A stretch of DNA of 63,308 nucleotides, the filler included, from Reclinomonas americana ATCC 50394 (taxonomy: Eukaryota), in assembly GCA_048213135.1 (NCBI GenBank). It is 5 parts of 4 records of this genome, joined end to end, with 100 filler letters (N's around TTAATTAATTAA, not from the genome) between each part and the next. Parts side by side here need not be neighbours in the genome. Positions count along the whole stretch, not along the records: positions 1 to 5,343 come from PS015394.1; positions 5,444 to 28,770 come from PS015395.1; 3 more parts are not named here. One strand, written 5' to 3'. Positions 1 to 11,100 of the stretch are shown here, piece after piece. A model generated the notes under the pieces. It did no database searches and was not told the origin of the DNA. It saw nothing but the letters and a program-made list of their open reading frames with translations. Every line of letters starts with the position of its first letter. The stretch's first letter is position 1. The position numbers were made by a program, and so were the translations under genes.

Positions 1-1672
1 ATCGCGCAGGCGTCCGAGAGTGGCCACCTGTGACCAGGATGAGGAGAATGAGAGGAAAGAAACAGGAGAGGGACACAGACCTCACTCTCGAATGACTCCA
101 TCGTCCACGGTGCCTCGGGGTCGAGCACCTTGATGGCCACGTGCATTTCGCGAAGCAGAGTGATGAAGACGGCACCCTGACCGCCCTCGCCGACCTTGAG
201 GCGTGGTGAGAAGGTGTCGGTGGCTTGTACGATCTCGGGCCACTCGAAGCGCTGCACAGCAGTGTCGACTGCAGAGTGTTTGATGGGAAGTGAGACATTG
301 GTGAATTGAACACTGATATGAAGAAAGAATGAGGGCAAGGGACTGACCTTGGGTGAGGAGGAGATCCTGTCGCAGCTGGGAGACGAGTTGATTGCTTTGT
401 TGCAGCTGCGTGGTGAGATGTCCTTGTCACGCAGGGCCACAGTTAGCTGGGCCTGCAGTAGGCCGTGGACTTGCTGCCATTCCGTCACAATCCGCTGCAG
501 CTGGGCGTTTTTCTGCAGCAGCTCTGCGTTGGCTCGCTGCAGTTGGGCAACTTGCTGCTGGCTTTCAGTGCTGACGCGCTGAATTTGGGCATTCTTCTCC
601 TGCTCCTCGGTCCTCCCCCGTTCGAGCACTGCGTTGGCTTGCTGAAGCTGAGCGACAATGTCCTCGTGCTCCCGTCGCTGTCGGTCCCACTCTCGCTGCT
701 GCTGCTCTCGCTCTTGCTGCGCTGCGGCAAGATCGCGCTGGAGTTGCGCATGGAGTGCGTCCTTGTCGGCGAGCTGGCGTGCCATGGCGGGATCATCAAC
801 AGCCGACTGCAATTTACGAGAGTGCGAGGGAGGACACGGAACGGGTGTGAGAAGTGAGTTTCACGAGCAACAGAAGCAGAAAGTGGCACTCTCCGTCTCA
901 CCTGGCGTGCTGGCACTGCATCATATTCGCCAGGAACGACACACAAGACACATGCAGATGGTGGAGCGTGAGCACGAACACAACATGCCAACACACATAA
1001 AAGAGGTCATACCTGCGGGAGGCGGGGATCGCGGCTGCTGTTGTTGCTGTTGGGATGGTGGTGCTGGTTGTGCAGCAAGGCGGCCAAGCAAGTCGGCCAC
1101 TTGCTGCTTGCCTTCGTCGCGTGCCCACTGAGCCGCCGTCTTGCCCTCCTTGTTGACCATGGGAACGAGATCGGGGAAGCGAGTGGCGAGTAGTCGCACA
1201 ATGGATTCGTGGCCATGGTAAGCAGCATAATGCAGTGCCGTGTCACGGCCATTGGAGACCGCCCGCACCATCTCCGGCGGACATCGTCGTTCATCGGCCA
1301 GCAACCACTCCACCACTTGCAGTTGCCCACCAATGGCAGCCACCATCAGTGGCGTCCGGCCATAGTCGTCGACCATTTGTGCGAGTTGTGGTCCGACACC
1401 ACTCTCCTCCCACAAATACTCCAACACAGAGAGATGGCCATAGGCAGCGGCACAGTAAAATGCCGAGCTGCCAACAACATCCATCTCCTCTCTCTTCAGC
1501 AGAGTCAGTGCGCCCTCACGCGCCACCAACTCGCGCAGTGCCTTCACATCGCCTTCCGCTGCCATCTCCAATGCTTTCTTCCGAGGAGCACTGCCACCAA
1601 AGAGGCAAAAGCAGAAGCGCGAGTGAGAGTGAGAGAGAGAATGCCACCTGACAACATCGCAGCACACCTCAT
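1..1672 (-). CDS. Ankyrin-repeat / coiled-coil / IRAK-Pelle(RLK)-like protein kinase, 3' end outside the window; apparent 1-nt frameshift near 420
   Basis: Exons 1672-1668 (ATGAG), 1590-1013 (ankyrin: SAFYCAAAYGHLSVLEYL, GRTPLMVAAIGGQLQVVEWLL, TALHYAAYHGHESIVRLL), 915-902 (14 nt), 806-348 (Q/E/L-rich coiled coil), 268-81 (RFEWPEIVQATDTFSPRLKVGEGGQGAVF...VAIKVL...FESE) and 27-1 (VATLGRLRD). All junctions are GT-AG. Confidence 0.85.
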
Positions 1673-2257
1673 TTCTTTGATCCCGAGACTGGCGGAGAAA
1701 GACAGGAACTCTCTCTCTCTCTCTCTCTGTGCCTCACGCGCGCACTGAGCCGCACACACTGTCAGCCTTTGTTTTTTCCGCGTCCTGTTTCAACGGCGGA
1801 CAGGAATGCGCGTGACGTCGTGTTGCTGCCAAAGCTCGCGAGAGTGTGACCTGTCGAGCTGGAAAGCCTTCTATCCTGGTCATCGTTTTTCCTCGTCAGC
1901 GCACGCGCAGTACGCATTCGTCGAAGTCCAATCTCGAACACCGCGATCGCATTACGAAAGACCTGCAAATGCCCTTCGGCTGCCCGACGCAAGAACGTGT
2001 AGCACAGGCTCTTCTCCACTTGCATCCCGTACTTTCCTCGCCAACGCACATTCCCAAGGTCGAGTTTCAACGATCCGAACACGACGTCGATACCAAATCT
2101 ACTGCAGGAAGCCCTTCCGCAACGCACCACTGATCAGCAGATTCCGCACTCGTACGCCGTACTCACCACTCCCACAAACACCCACAAACGCGACCATGGT
2201 TTCCGAACAGCAAACAAATTTTCGCGCTCAAAACCGCCAACAACACCCCCGGCCGAG

Positions 2258-2399
2258 ATGATCCTCCACACGGAGGCCTTCTCCAAGAGATATGTGGGCG
2301 GCATATGCTCAGGCGCCGGCTTGTGCTGGTTGATGGCCGTTGTGGTGACGTTTGTGTTGCCGGCGATCTTGGCGTTTATCTCGGGAGGTGAGAGGGGGT

Positions 2400-2454
<55 letters not shown>

Positions 2455-5282
2455 NNNNNNNNNNNNNNNNNNNNNNNNNNNNNNNNNNNNNNNNNNNNNN
2501 NNNNNNNNNNNNNNNNNNNNNNNNNNNNNNNNNNNNNNNNNNNNNNNNNNNNNNNNNNNNNNNNNNNNNNNNNNNNNNNNNNNNNNNNNNNNNNNNNNNN
2601 NNNNNNNNNNNNNNNNNNNNNNNNNNNNNNNNNNNNNNNNNNNNNNNNNNNNNNNNNNNNNNNNNNNNNNNNNNNNNNNNNNNNNNNNNNNNNNNNNNNN
2701 NNNNNNNNNNNNNNNNNNNNNNNNNNNNNNNNNNNNNNNNNNNNNNNNNNNNNNNNNNNNNNNNNNNNNNNNNNNNNNNNNNNNNNNNNNNNNNNNNNNN
2801 NNNNNNNNNNNNNNNNNNNNNNNNNNNNNNNNNNNNNNNNNNNNNNNNNNNNNNNNNNNNNNNNNNNNNNNNNNNNNNNNNNNNNNNNNNNNNNCCCTGT
2901 CTCCCTGTCTCCCTCACTCATTCACTCACTCACTCACTGTCACTCACTCTCACTCACTTACACTCTCACTCGCTCACACACACCAGTATATTGCTGCTGC
3001 TGGTGTTCACCTTCCTTCTCTCCCCTTCTCCATCTCTGACTTACCTATCTCTGCCCACTCTCTCTCCCATCTGAGACAAGTCACCTGCTTATCATTTCCA
3101 CTCACTGCCTCTCTCTCTCTCTTTCTCTCTCTCTCTTCAGCATTCTGGCTCCGAAGCAACACGTTCTTTGAGCCACCCAAAGTGCAACCAAAGGCCAACG
3201 CGGTGCTATTGGTGGATATGGGACCGTCGGCGCCGTACACGCGCATGTGGAGCACGCATCCGGGGATTAATTCGCTCATTCCAGCCGCGCAGTTGTTGTC
3301 GCCGTCGTATTTGGTGAGCGAGAAGGAGGCAAAGGGAGAGAGGAAAGGGTGAGAGGCAGGGAGGGAGAGGGAGACTCTGCACGTGTGTTCTTTGCATGAC
3401 TCGCTGCACTCGCTTCCATATTTCAGAGACATAAGGTACTTTCTCTGCTAGGTTTGCAATCGTTTTTCCTCGTTTGCACTCGTTTCCTCTCGTTTGCACT
3501 CGTTTCCTCTCGATTTGCACTCGTTGCCTCTCGTTTGCGCTTTTTTCTCTCGTTTGCACTGGTTCCATCGCGCCTGCACTCGTTTCCTATCTTTTTTTTT
3601 GCACAAGTTTCCTCTCGTTTCCACTCGCTTCCTCTCGTGTACGCTTGTTTCTCTCGTTTATGCTTGGTCCATCGCGCTTGCTCTCGTTTCCTCCCGTTTG
3701 CACTCGTTGCCTCTCGCTTGCACTCGCTTCCTCTCGTTTTTTCTTGTCTCTGCTCGTGCTCTTTAGTCGAGCGCTGAGCATTGCAACCTGATAGGTCGAC
3801 ATATCGGTCGACAAACAAGGGTTGAAGGACAAGGGTTGAGGGTTGAAAAATGCAGGGTTGGGGGACAACGGTTGAGGGTTGAAAATGCTCACTCTCATCG
3901 CTTTCTGCTGCATGCTTCTCGTTTCGCCCTCCAGTGAGTACTTGACTCGTGATTCGTCATTTGTACATGCGTTGATGTCGATTGCGCTCTGTATCCATGG
4001 CGCCGATTCCCTATGTTTCTCGTGCAACCTCTCCGCCTTCCTTGTTCAGCCCGTGTTCGTGTCCTTTTTTGTCTGCCGCAGCACTCGTGCAGAGCTTGAT
4101 CTCCTATCCCTCCTACTGCTGTATGCTTCGCGTTATTTTGCAGTGCCAGCAAGCACTTGACACCTTACGCTCTCCCTCTTCGCGTGCCCGTTGAATGTCG
4201 ATGTCGCCCAATTCTCTACTTCTTTGTGTCTCACGCCTCTCTTGCATAGCGCTTCTGTGATTGCCTGCATCTCTCGAAGTCAGCTGCTGTCTCGCACTGT
4301 GTTCCCTTGATCTCCCATGCACTCTTCTCTGAGTTTCTTCTGTTGCGCTGCACATTACGCGCCGTTCACTGCTTGCCCCTATGCCTTTCTTCGTGATTGT
4401 TGCGGTCACGTCGCCACCTCCTTTCCTCTACATCTCCCCCTCTCTCACCCTTTCCCCCTCCCACCAGGTCTCCATCGAAGACGACGACCTCGACGGCCGC
4501 GCCTCCGCCCTTCGCTACCGCGTCCGCTTCGCCATCTCCTCCGCCAACCCCGTCTACTCATTCCGCCTCCTCAACTTTCTCCAATTCGACCTCGATCACC
4601 GTCTCGATCTGTCGATGGAGTCGCTGGTGTACTTTGAGGTCACACACAAATGTTTTCCGACCCCTCCCCCCTATTATTCTCCTCACCAGCCCCCCCACAC
4701 CCGCAGTCCTCCTCCGGTGTCCCCTTCACCAACCTCTACTGCGACGGCCAGCTGCAATTCCACCAGCGCGAACCCATCTCCATGGTCAATCCGGCGCGCA
4801 CCATCTACAACACCACCCTCTTCGATCCAACGCGCGTGACGTCGCTGGCCGAGATCGCCCCGCACAACATCCTACCGAATTACATGAGCCGCAACGAGAC
4901 CACGGCGCTCGAGGCGAAGCAGTGCTCGTGGAGTGCGGGAGTGGCGTCGGGGCAGTTTGTGTTTGAGGGGGTGGCGAGAATACCGAATGCGAGGGTGGAG
5001 TTGCGTCAGAGGGGGAAAACGAGGGGAAGGGAGGGCAAAGGAGGGAAAGGGAGGGAAAGGGGAAGGGAGAGGGTAAGAGAGAGAGGGAGGAGAGAGAGAA
5101 GGGATGTGAGAGAGTGATAAGGAGAGCAGGGAGTGTGTGTGAGAAGAGAATACCGAATGCGAGGGTGGAGTTGTGTGAGGGAGAAATAGGAGGGGAAGGG
5201 AGAGGAAGGGAGGGAAAAGAGAGGGAGTGGAAGGAGAAGGGCGGACGGAGTGAAAGGGGAAGGGAGAGAGAGGGAGGAGAGG

Positions 5283-5316
<34 letters not shown>

Positions 5317-5875
5317 GAGAGAGAGAGAGAGAGAGACAACAACNNNNNNNNNNNNNNNNNNNNNNNNNNNNNNNNNNNNNNNNNNNNTTAATTAATTAAN
5401 NNNNNNNNNNNNNNNNNNNNNNNNNNNNNNNNNNNNNNNNNNNTGAGAGACAACTCTTCTCCAGAGAGAATCCCAGAGAGCAAGGCAGTGACGCACACAA
5501 AGTGACAGACAGCAGGCCAGTGCTCACATTCGAATCGTGCTCTGTTGTCACCATGTCAGTCTCATCCTGTCAGTCTCCGTTGCCTTCATGTCCATCCTCA
5601 CCTCTCCCCCTCCCCCCTTCTCCCTTCCCCCCTTCCCCCTTTCCCCCTTTCCCCCTTTCCCCCCTTCCCCCCTTCCCCCCTCCCCCCCTTCCCCCTTCCC
5701 GCGCAGCTACGTCCCCGGCACCTGGGAGGCCATCAAAATGGCCTGGATCCAATACGTCTCCTTCATCCTCGTCATCGGGTGGATCTCGTTCTCGCTGGTG
5801 GGCCTGCTCGTGGTCAAGCGCATCCTGCCCACGCGGGTGATACGCGACTCCACACCCAAGCTGCATCAATTTTAG
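2258..5875 (+). CDS. TMEM231: Ciliary transition-zone transmembrane protein TMEM231
   Basis: Exons 2258-2387, 3141-3313, 4468-4638, 4707-4999 and 5707-5875 join in frame. They give an N-terminal TM helix then AFWLRSNTFFEPPKV, IEDDDLDGRAS, DGQLQFHQREP, YMSRNETT and YVPGTWEAIKMAWIQY plus a C-terminal TM helix, which is the TMEM231 family pattern. Confidence 0.88.
3454..3745. repeat. Degenerate 10/20-bp periodic repeat (CTCGTTTGCA/CTCGTTTCCT) in TMEM231 intron 2
   Basis: Repeated cgtttgcact/cgtttcctct units are directly visible. Confidence 0.85.
3817..3885. repeat. Cluster of (A)GGGTTG(A) telomere-like motifs
   Basis: About six agggttg/ggttga motifs in 70 bp. Confidence 0.55.
5344..5443. other. 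Artificial scaffold linker N44-TTAATTAATTAA-N44
   Basis: Six-frame-stop 12-mer at 5388-5399 embedded in Ns; the same construct occurs four times. Confidence 0.97.
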
Positions 5876-7276
5876 TGCATGGCACTCTTTCTGTAGTCAT
5901 GACTTTGTTGAGTTTCACCGCAGTCCGCAAGTCTCGTCTTCTTCGCGCTCGTCTCGACTTGCTGTGCACTCCGCTTGACTCTCCCAGACATCTCGTGGCT
6001 CTGTTTTCTTGTTCTTTCGCGACGCCAGCCTTGACTCGTGCTCCTCCCCGTCATACAGTCTCTCTTCGTTGATCTCCTTCCACTTCGTTGCTCTGTTTTC
6101 GTTTCTTGTCGTGGTCGCCACTGCTCCGTTCCCTCTCAACTCCCTGTCTCCGCTGCACCCACCGCTCCCGCCCTCTGTGTCCTCTCTTGACTCTTCTTTC
6201 TTCGCCCTCGCCTCGAGTACCCAGTCCTCTTGCTGTCGTTCTCAATCGGCCACGTGCTCTAGTCCTGCTTGACGATGTCGTTGATTTTGGCCGCAGATTC
6301 TCTCGTCTCCTCTCCTTCTCCGCGCTCAGCCGAGCCAGTTGGCTGTAATTGCGTGCGCCTACTCCTCTCACCCTCATCGCCAAGTCTTGCCCTTCGGTCG
6401 CCATCGCTACCTTGCTGCTCCAATCTTTCTCTGCTCCTCCTTCGCCTTTCTTTTCACTCATCGCTCCCCCTCCCACTTCCTTGCTTCCTCGAGTCTCTCT
6501 TCTCACCCTTATCGCCAAGGGTTGCCGTCGCTCTCATGCTGTTCTCTCTCACTCATCCTTTCCTCTTGTTTGTTCCTCCCTCCCCCTCGTTCCTCACTTC
6601 TTACCTCGCCTTTTCTTTCTCTCATCGCCGAGTCCTGTCTTCCTCGAGTCAATCTTTCTTCTCCAACCCGTTTTCAAGTCCTGCTGTCGCTCTTTGTCGG
6701 TCGTGGCATCCTCCAGTCACTCAGTCGCCTCGCACAGTCTCTCAGGTATCTCCGCGCCTGCCGTGGCTGCAGCCCTGTTTGCCTTTTGTCTTCCGCTCTT
6801 TCCGTCGCCGAGTCTTGCCCTTCTGCTGTCATCTTTCGTCTGTCGACGCTTTCCCGGCAGTCGCCCTCTGCTCTCTATCTTCCTTCGCCTCCTTCTCCTC
6901 CTGCTTCCTCTATCATCCGCACTTGCCCTTTCGCAAGCAATTCTGGCGGCTCTCAGTCTCACATTTCACCTCACACACGCAACTGCCGCACCTGCATCTC
7001 CCCCGTGCCGCACCTGCAGCACACCGCCAACACGTACACTGCATGATCCCCCACATCTCGTCTGATATTCATTTGGAATCCTCCGACTGCTGAACTCCTC
7101 ACCATTCATGGATGCATCATGCCCTTCTACCCCTACCAACCACAACAATCAACGCTGCAGCGTTCAACAAGATCAATGACGTCAACAGAGGGGAGAAGAA
7201 GAGAGAGATGGACACCGAAAGATTCCTCCGGCTTTTCACGAATTGAAACTTTTCCGATATCTTTTCACTTGCTCTC

Positions 7277-8198
7277 TCACGTGGAAACATCAATCACGGA
7301 GAAGAATCCCAGCTCCCGTCGCGCATGAGGCAGTGGCAACGGCTGCGGCACCGCACCACCATCCTCCTCGCCCTCCGCAGAAGAAGATGCCGGCCTGCCT
7401 GGACCCGATTGCATCACCACGCGAGATTCATGCATCTGATGATGCCCGGCCCCGTGCAGCGCCGACGATAATGACGACTCCTCCTCCTCATCATCGTCCT
7501 CCTCATCCGCATCCTCCTCATCCTCGTCAGTGAGCGTGGCCAGCGACGTGCGACTGGCACTCATCTCCACCGCCCGCTGCTTCCACGCCGCAGATGCACA
7601 CGATTCCTTCTCCAGCTCCGTCAACCACGCCTCCACGCGCTCACTCGCCGACACACGATGCCCCAATGTCCGCAAATACCTCCGCTTCAAAACAACTATA
7701 CAAAGGGCAATCAAATGAGCAAAACAATCACATTGTAGTCTCCAAGTGTGTGAGAGAGGGAGAAGGCGCGCAACTTGGAGGGGGAATGAGGTGATCCAGT
7801 GACACCGATGTGGGTAATGAGTAGGCCGAGGAGGTGTGCGACGAGGAGCAGGCCGAGGAGCGCGACATGGCATGAGCCATTGCGCCTTGTCCGGCGTGTT
7901 CTCCCACTGTTGCAGTCATGAGTCGCTGCTGCTGCTGCAGTGACGGGTGTTGCTGATGCAGAGAGTGAGCTGGCGCCGGTTGTTGTTGCAGCAGTGGCGA
8001 GTGGTGCACAGCAGTCGACTGCTGCAGCAGTTGTCGTCGCGACACTGCTGCAGCCACGACCATCATCATCACGTCGTCTTCCTCGTCATAGTCGTCGACT
8101 TGCTCCTCTTGCTTGTGATGGTGTTGTTGTGAGGTGGAAAAGGTGTCTGTTTTGGTCGTCGCGGAATGCACAAGTCGAGTGTCGTCGTCGTCGTCCAT
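7277..8198 (-). CDS. Orphan low-complexity (Q/H-rich, acidic) protein, two exons
   Basis: Exon 8198-7775 (MDDDDDTRLVHS...; an alternative ATG lies slightly upstream) joins in phase 1 through a GTTGCG donor at 7774 and a tatag acceptor to exon 7695-7277 (VLKRRYLRTLGHRVSASERVEAWLTELE...DEDEEDADEEDDDEEEE). No recognisable domain. Confidence 0.5.
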
Positions 8199-11100
8199 GG
8201 GGAGAGGGCTGAGGGAGAGTTGGCCCATGCAGTGGTGTGTCTGACTGAAAGAGAGAGCGTGTGTGTGTGGTTGGCGTGTCGCAGTCGCTCTTCGCTCTCT
8301 TGTGAGGGTCAAAAACGGGGTGATGATGTCTGAGTTTTCGGACGTGAGGCCGGTTGGCGTTCGACGTTCAGTTGGTGGTGAGTGGAGGAGTTGATGAGCG
8401 GGCGGGGGGGAGGTTGGTGTGTGTCAGAGAGGGAGAGAGAGAAAATGAAGGGATGGGGAGAGAAAAGGAGAGAGGGAGGTGAATTACTTTGCGCGACGTC
8501 GACGTCGAGAGGTTGCATGCAAGGGCGACGCAAGCGAAACGAGGCAAGGCGAATAAGAGAAATGCTGCCCCTCGTGTGCGTCAGAGCACTGTGGATCCGG
8601 AGCGCGAGGGGCTGTGCAGCAGGATCGGAACATTGCAAGCAAGAAACCAAGCAGAATTCGTTGTACAAGCCCCTGGCCAAGCAGACGAATTCTAAGCATA
8701 GGGAAACAAGGCTCGGGACCCGAGAATTCGTGTTCTTTGCAGGGCGCGAGGCCTGCGAAGGCGATTCGCACTTCCCGACCTGCAGTTGTCGAAATTTCGA
8801 AATCCATGGAGGCCCACACACTCTCCTGACCACCACGGAAGTGCCAACCAGGTGGCTTGCTCTCGTAAGAGAGGAAGCCTGCAGAAGCAAGGAACTGAAG
8901 GAGAGGACACTACAGATATGGATTGTCCTCGACTTCGTGCACGTGTTCCGCAGCTCAACATTTCAATCACGTTGTTTGGCTTTGCCTGCTGGAAGGGAAG
9001 GTGACTGCTGGAGAACAGTAATTATATGTCCATGTATTGTTGGTCTGCCAAGGTCATTGTCGGCAAGGAATTTGTGGACGTCGACATTTGTCGCATTACC
9101 GGAATGAAGTGTTTGCAACCGCAGCATTCTGCATCAACAACAACAACAATTCATTCGCCGGCAAACGAGCAACGTCTAGTCGATTGAAAAGCATCAGCAC
9201 AAAACATGTGTCGAGGGCAGCGGCAGATTTCGATTTCCGCAGCGTGTGTGTATTCGCTTTCTCAGCAAGTCAGCATCTGCATTCCCGCTGGCGTTTCGTA
9301 TACCGCCGTCCGAGCAGCTGTTGCCTCTTGTTCTGCAGTCAAAAACGGTCATTGCCACCGGCCTCGAGCTCGAGTGCGATCGAAGTCGGAAATCGAACAA
9401 AACATCAAAGTCGAAATCGGTATGGAGACTCGAGGATACTCGTGCACTGAGTGAGGCAATCATTGTGCACGCTGCATTTGCGATTCTTTAGCGAGGATCA
9501 AGCCAGGAATGTGCGGAAAGGACTGCAGGACACCGACGTTTTTCCGAGGGGCACGCACGCGCAGATCACCTGCTCTCTCTCTCTGCTCTCAGTCAACCAG
9601 TCAGTCACACTCAGGTATGCCGCCCTCTCACTCACTCACGTCACGCGCTGCGACGAACTGTGTCCGTTCTTTGTGTGAGAGAGATAGAAAAGAGGGCATT
9701 GCTCTGTGCGTGTTTCAGTGATCGTCTCTGTGCGCGTGTTGTGTATGCGTATGTGAAGGGAGGAGAACCAACGAACGGCGATGGTTGTAAGAAAAAAAGG
9801 CTTTCCCTTTTTCGGTGGTCACATGGCTCACCACATGCAACCGACGTTCACTCAACGCCCTCTCTCTCAACGCTCTTTCTCTCTCACTCACTCCCACGCA
9901 GACACGAGAGGGAGTGTGTGTGTGTGTGCGGGGAGAAGAAGTGTGCGTGTGTGTCTGTCTGTGTGAGCGAGAGAGACGTTGCAGACACATTCACTCATTC
10001 GCTCATTCGCTCATTCTCACGCTCTCTCGCTCACTGTCTCTCATTCACTGACGCCTTGGCCTTCGACTCGTTTCCCTTTACCAGCTCACTCGTTTGCCTT
10101 TGTTGCACTCTCTCCTCCTCCTCCTCTTCCCCCCTCTCTCACACGCACGCACTCTTCCGCACACTGAGTCATCCATCCTGTCTCTCGCCCTCCTTCTCTC
10201 TCTCTCTCTCTCCTTTGCCCTTGACTCGTTTCCTTTTACCAGGTCACTCATTCGCCTTCTTTGCATCGTATCGCCTTCTCCCCTCCGCCTTCTCCTCCTA
10301 ATTTTCACTCCCGTGTTACACTCATTCTTTCCTTGTCACTCTGCTTGCCTTCCTTCTCTCTCTCTCTCTGCATCTCTTCTCTTTCTCAGTCACTGCCTGC
10401 ACTCTGTCTGCCATTCCTTTTTTCGCCCTCCGTCCTACTCGCTCCGTCTCTCATCAAAGCCACCCCCTCTCATCCTTCCTGTGTTCGTTCTCTCGACCTT
10501 CTCTCTCGTTCCCGTGGCCCTCGACTCGTGACGCTGGACGCAAGTCACTCTTATTTTTCCTTCCTCGCTCTCTAGCCGTCGCATCTCTCACTCGCTCATC
10601 TTTCCTTCTCTCACTCTCTCATCCTTCGCATAGCTCACTCGCTCAATCTTCCTTTTCTCTCTCTCTCTCGTTCTCAGTCTCTCTCTTTCTCTCTCTCTCG
10701 TTCTCACTCTCTCACTATGTGCCCTCAACTCGTGACGCTGGACGCAAGTCACCCTCTCTTTCTTCCTTTCTCAATTCGCTCATCTGTCCTCCTTCTCGCC
10801 CTCTTTCATCGCACTCACACCCTTCTGTTCCTGCTTTTTCTTTCTCCCCCACTCACCCTCTTCTCCCCCCTCCCCCTCCCCACAGATGNNNNNNNNNNNN
10901 NNNNNNNNNNNNNNNNNNNNNNNNNNNNNNNNNNNNNNNNNNNNNNNNNNNNNNNNNNNNNNNNNNNNNNNNNNNNNNNNNNNNNNNNNNNNNNNNNNNN
11001 NNNNNNNNNNNNNNNNNNNNNNNNNNNNNNNNNNNNNNNNNNNNNNNNNNNNNNNNNNNNNNNNNNNNNNNNNNNNNNNNNNNNNNNNNNNNNNNNNNNN

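Noticed and set aside
5876..7100. Long Ser/Leu/Pro-rich ORFs here and in other CT/GA-rich tracts and N gaps
   Set aside because: By-products of stop-poor low-complexity sequence or of Ns, overlapping in several frames with no domain signal.
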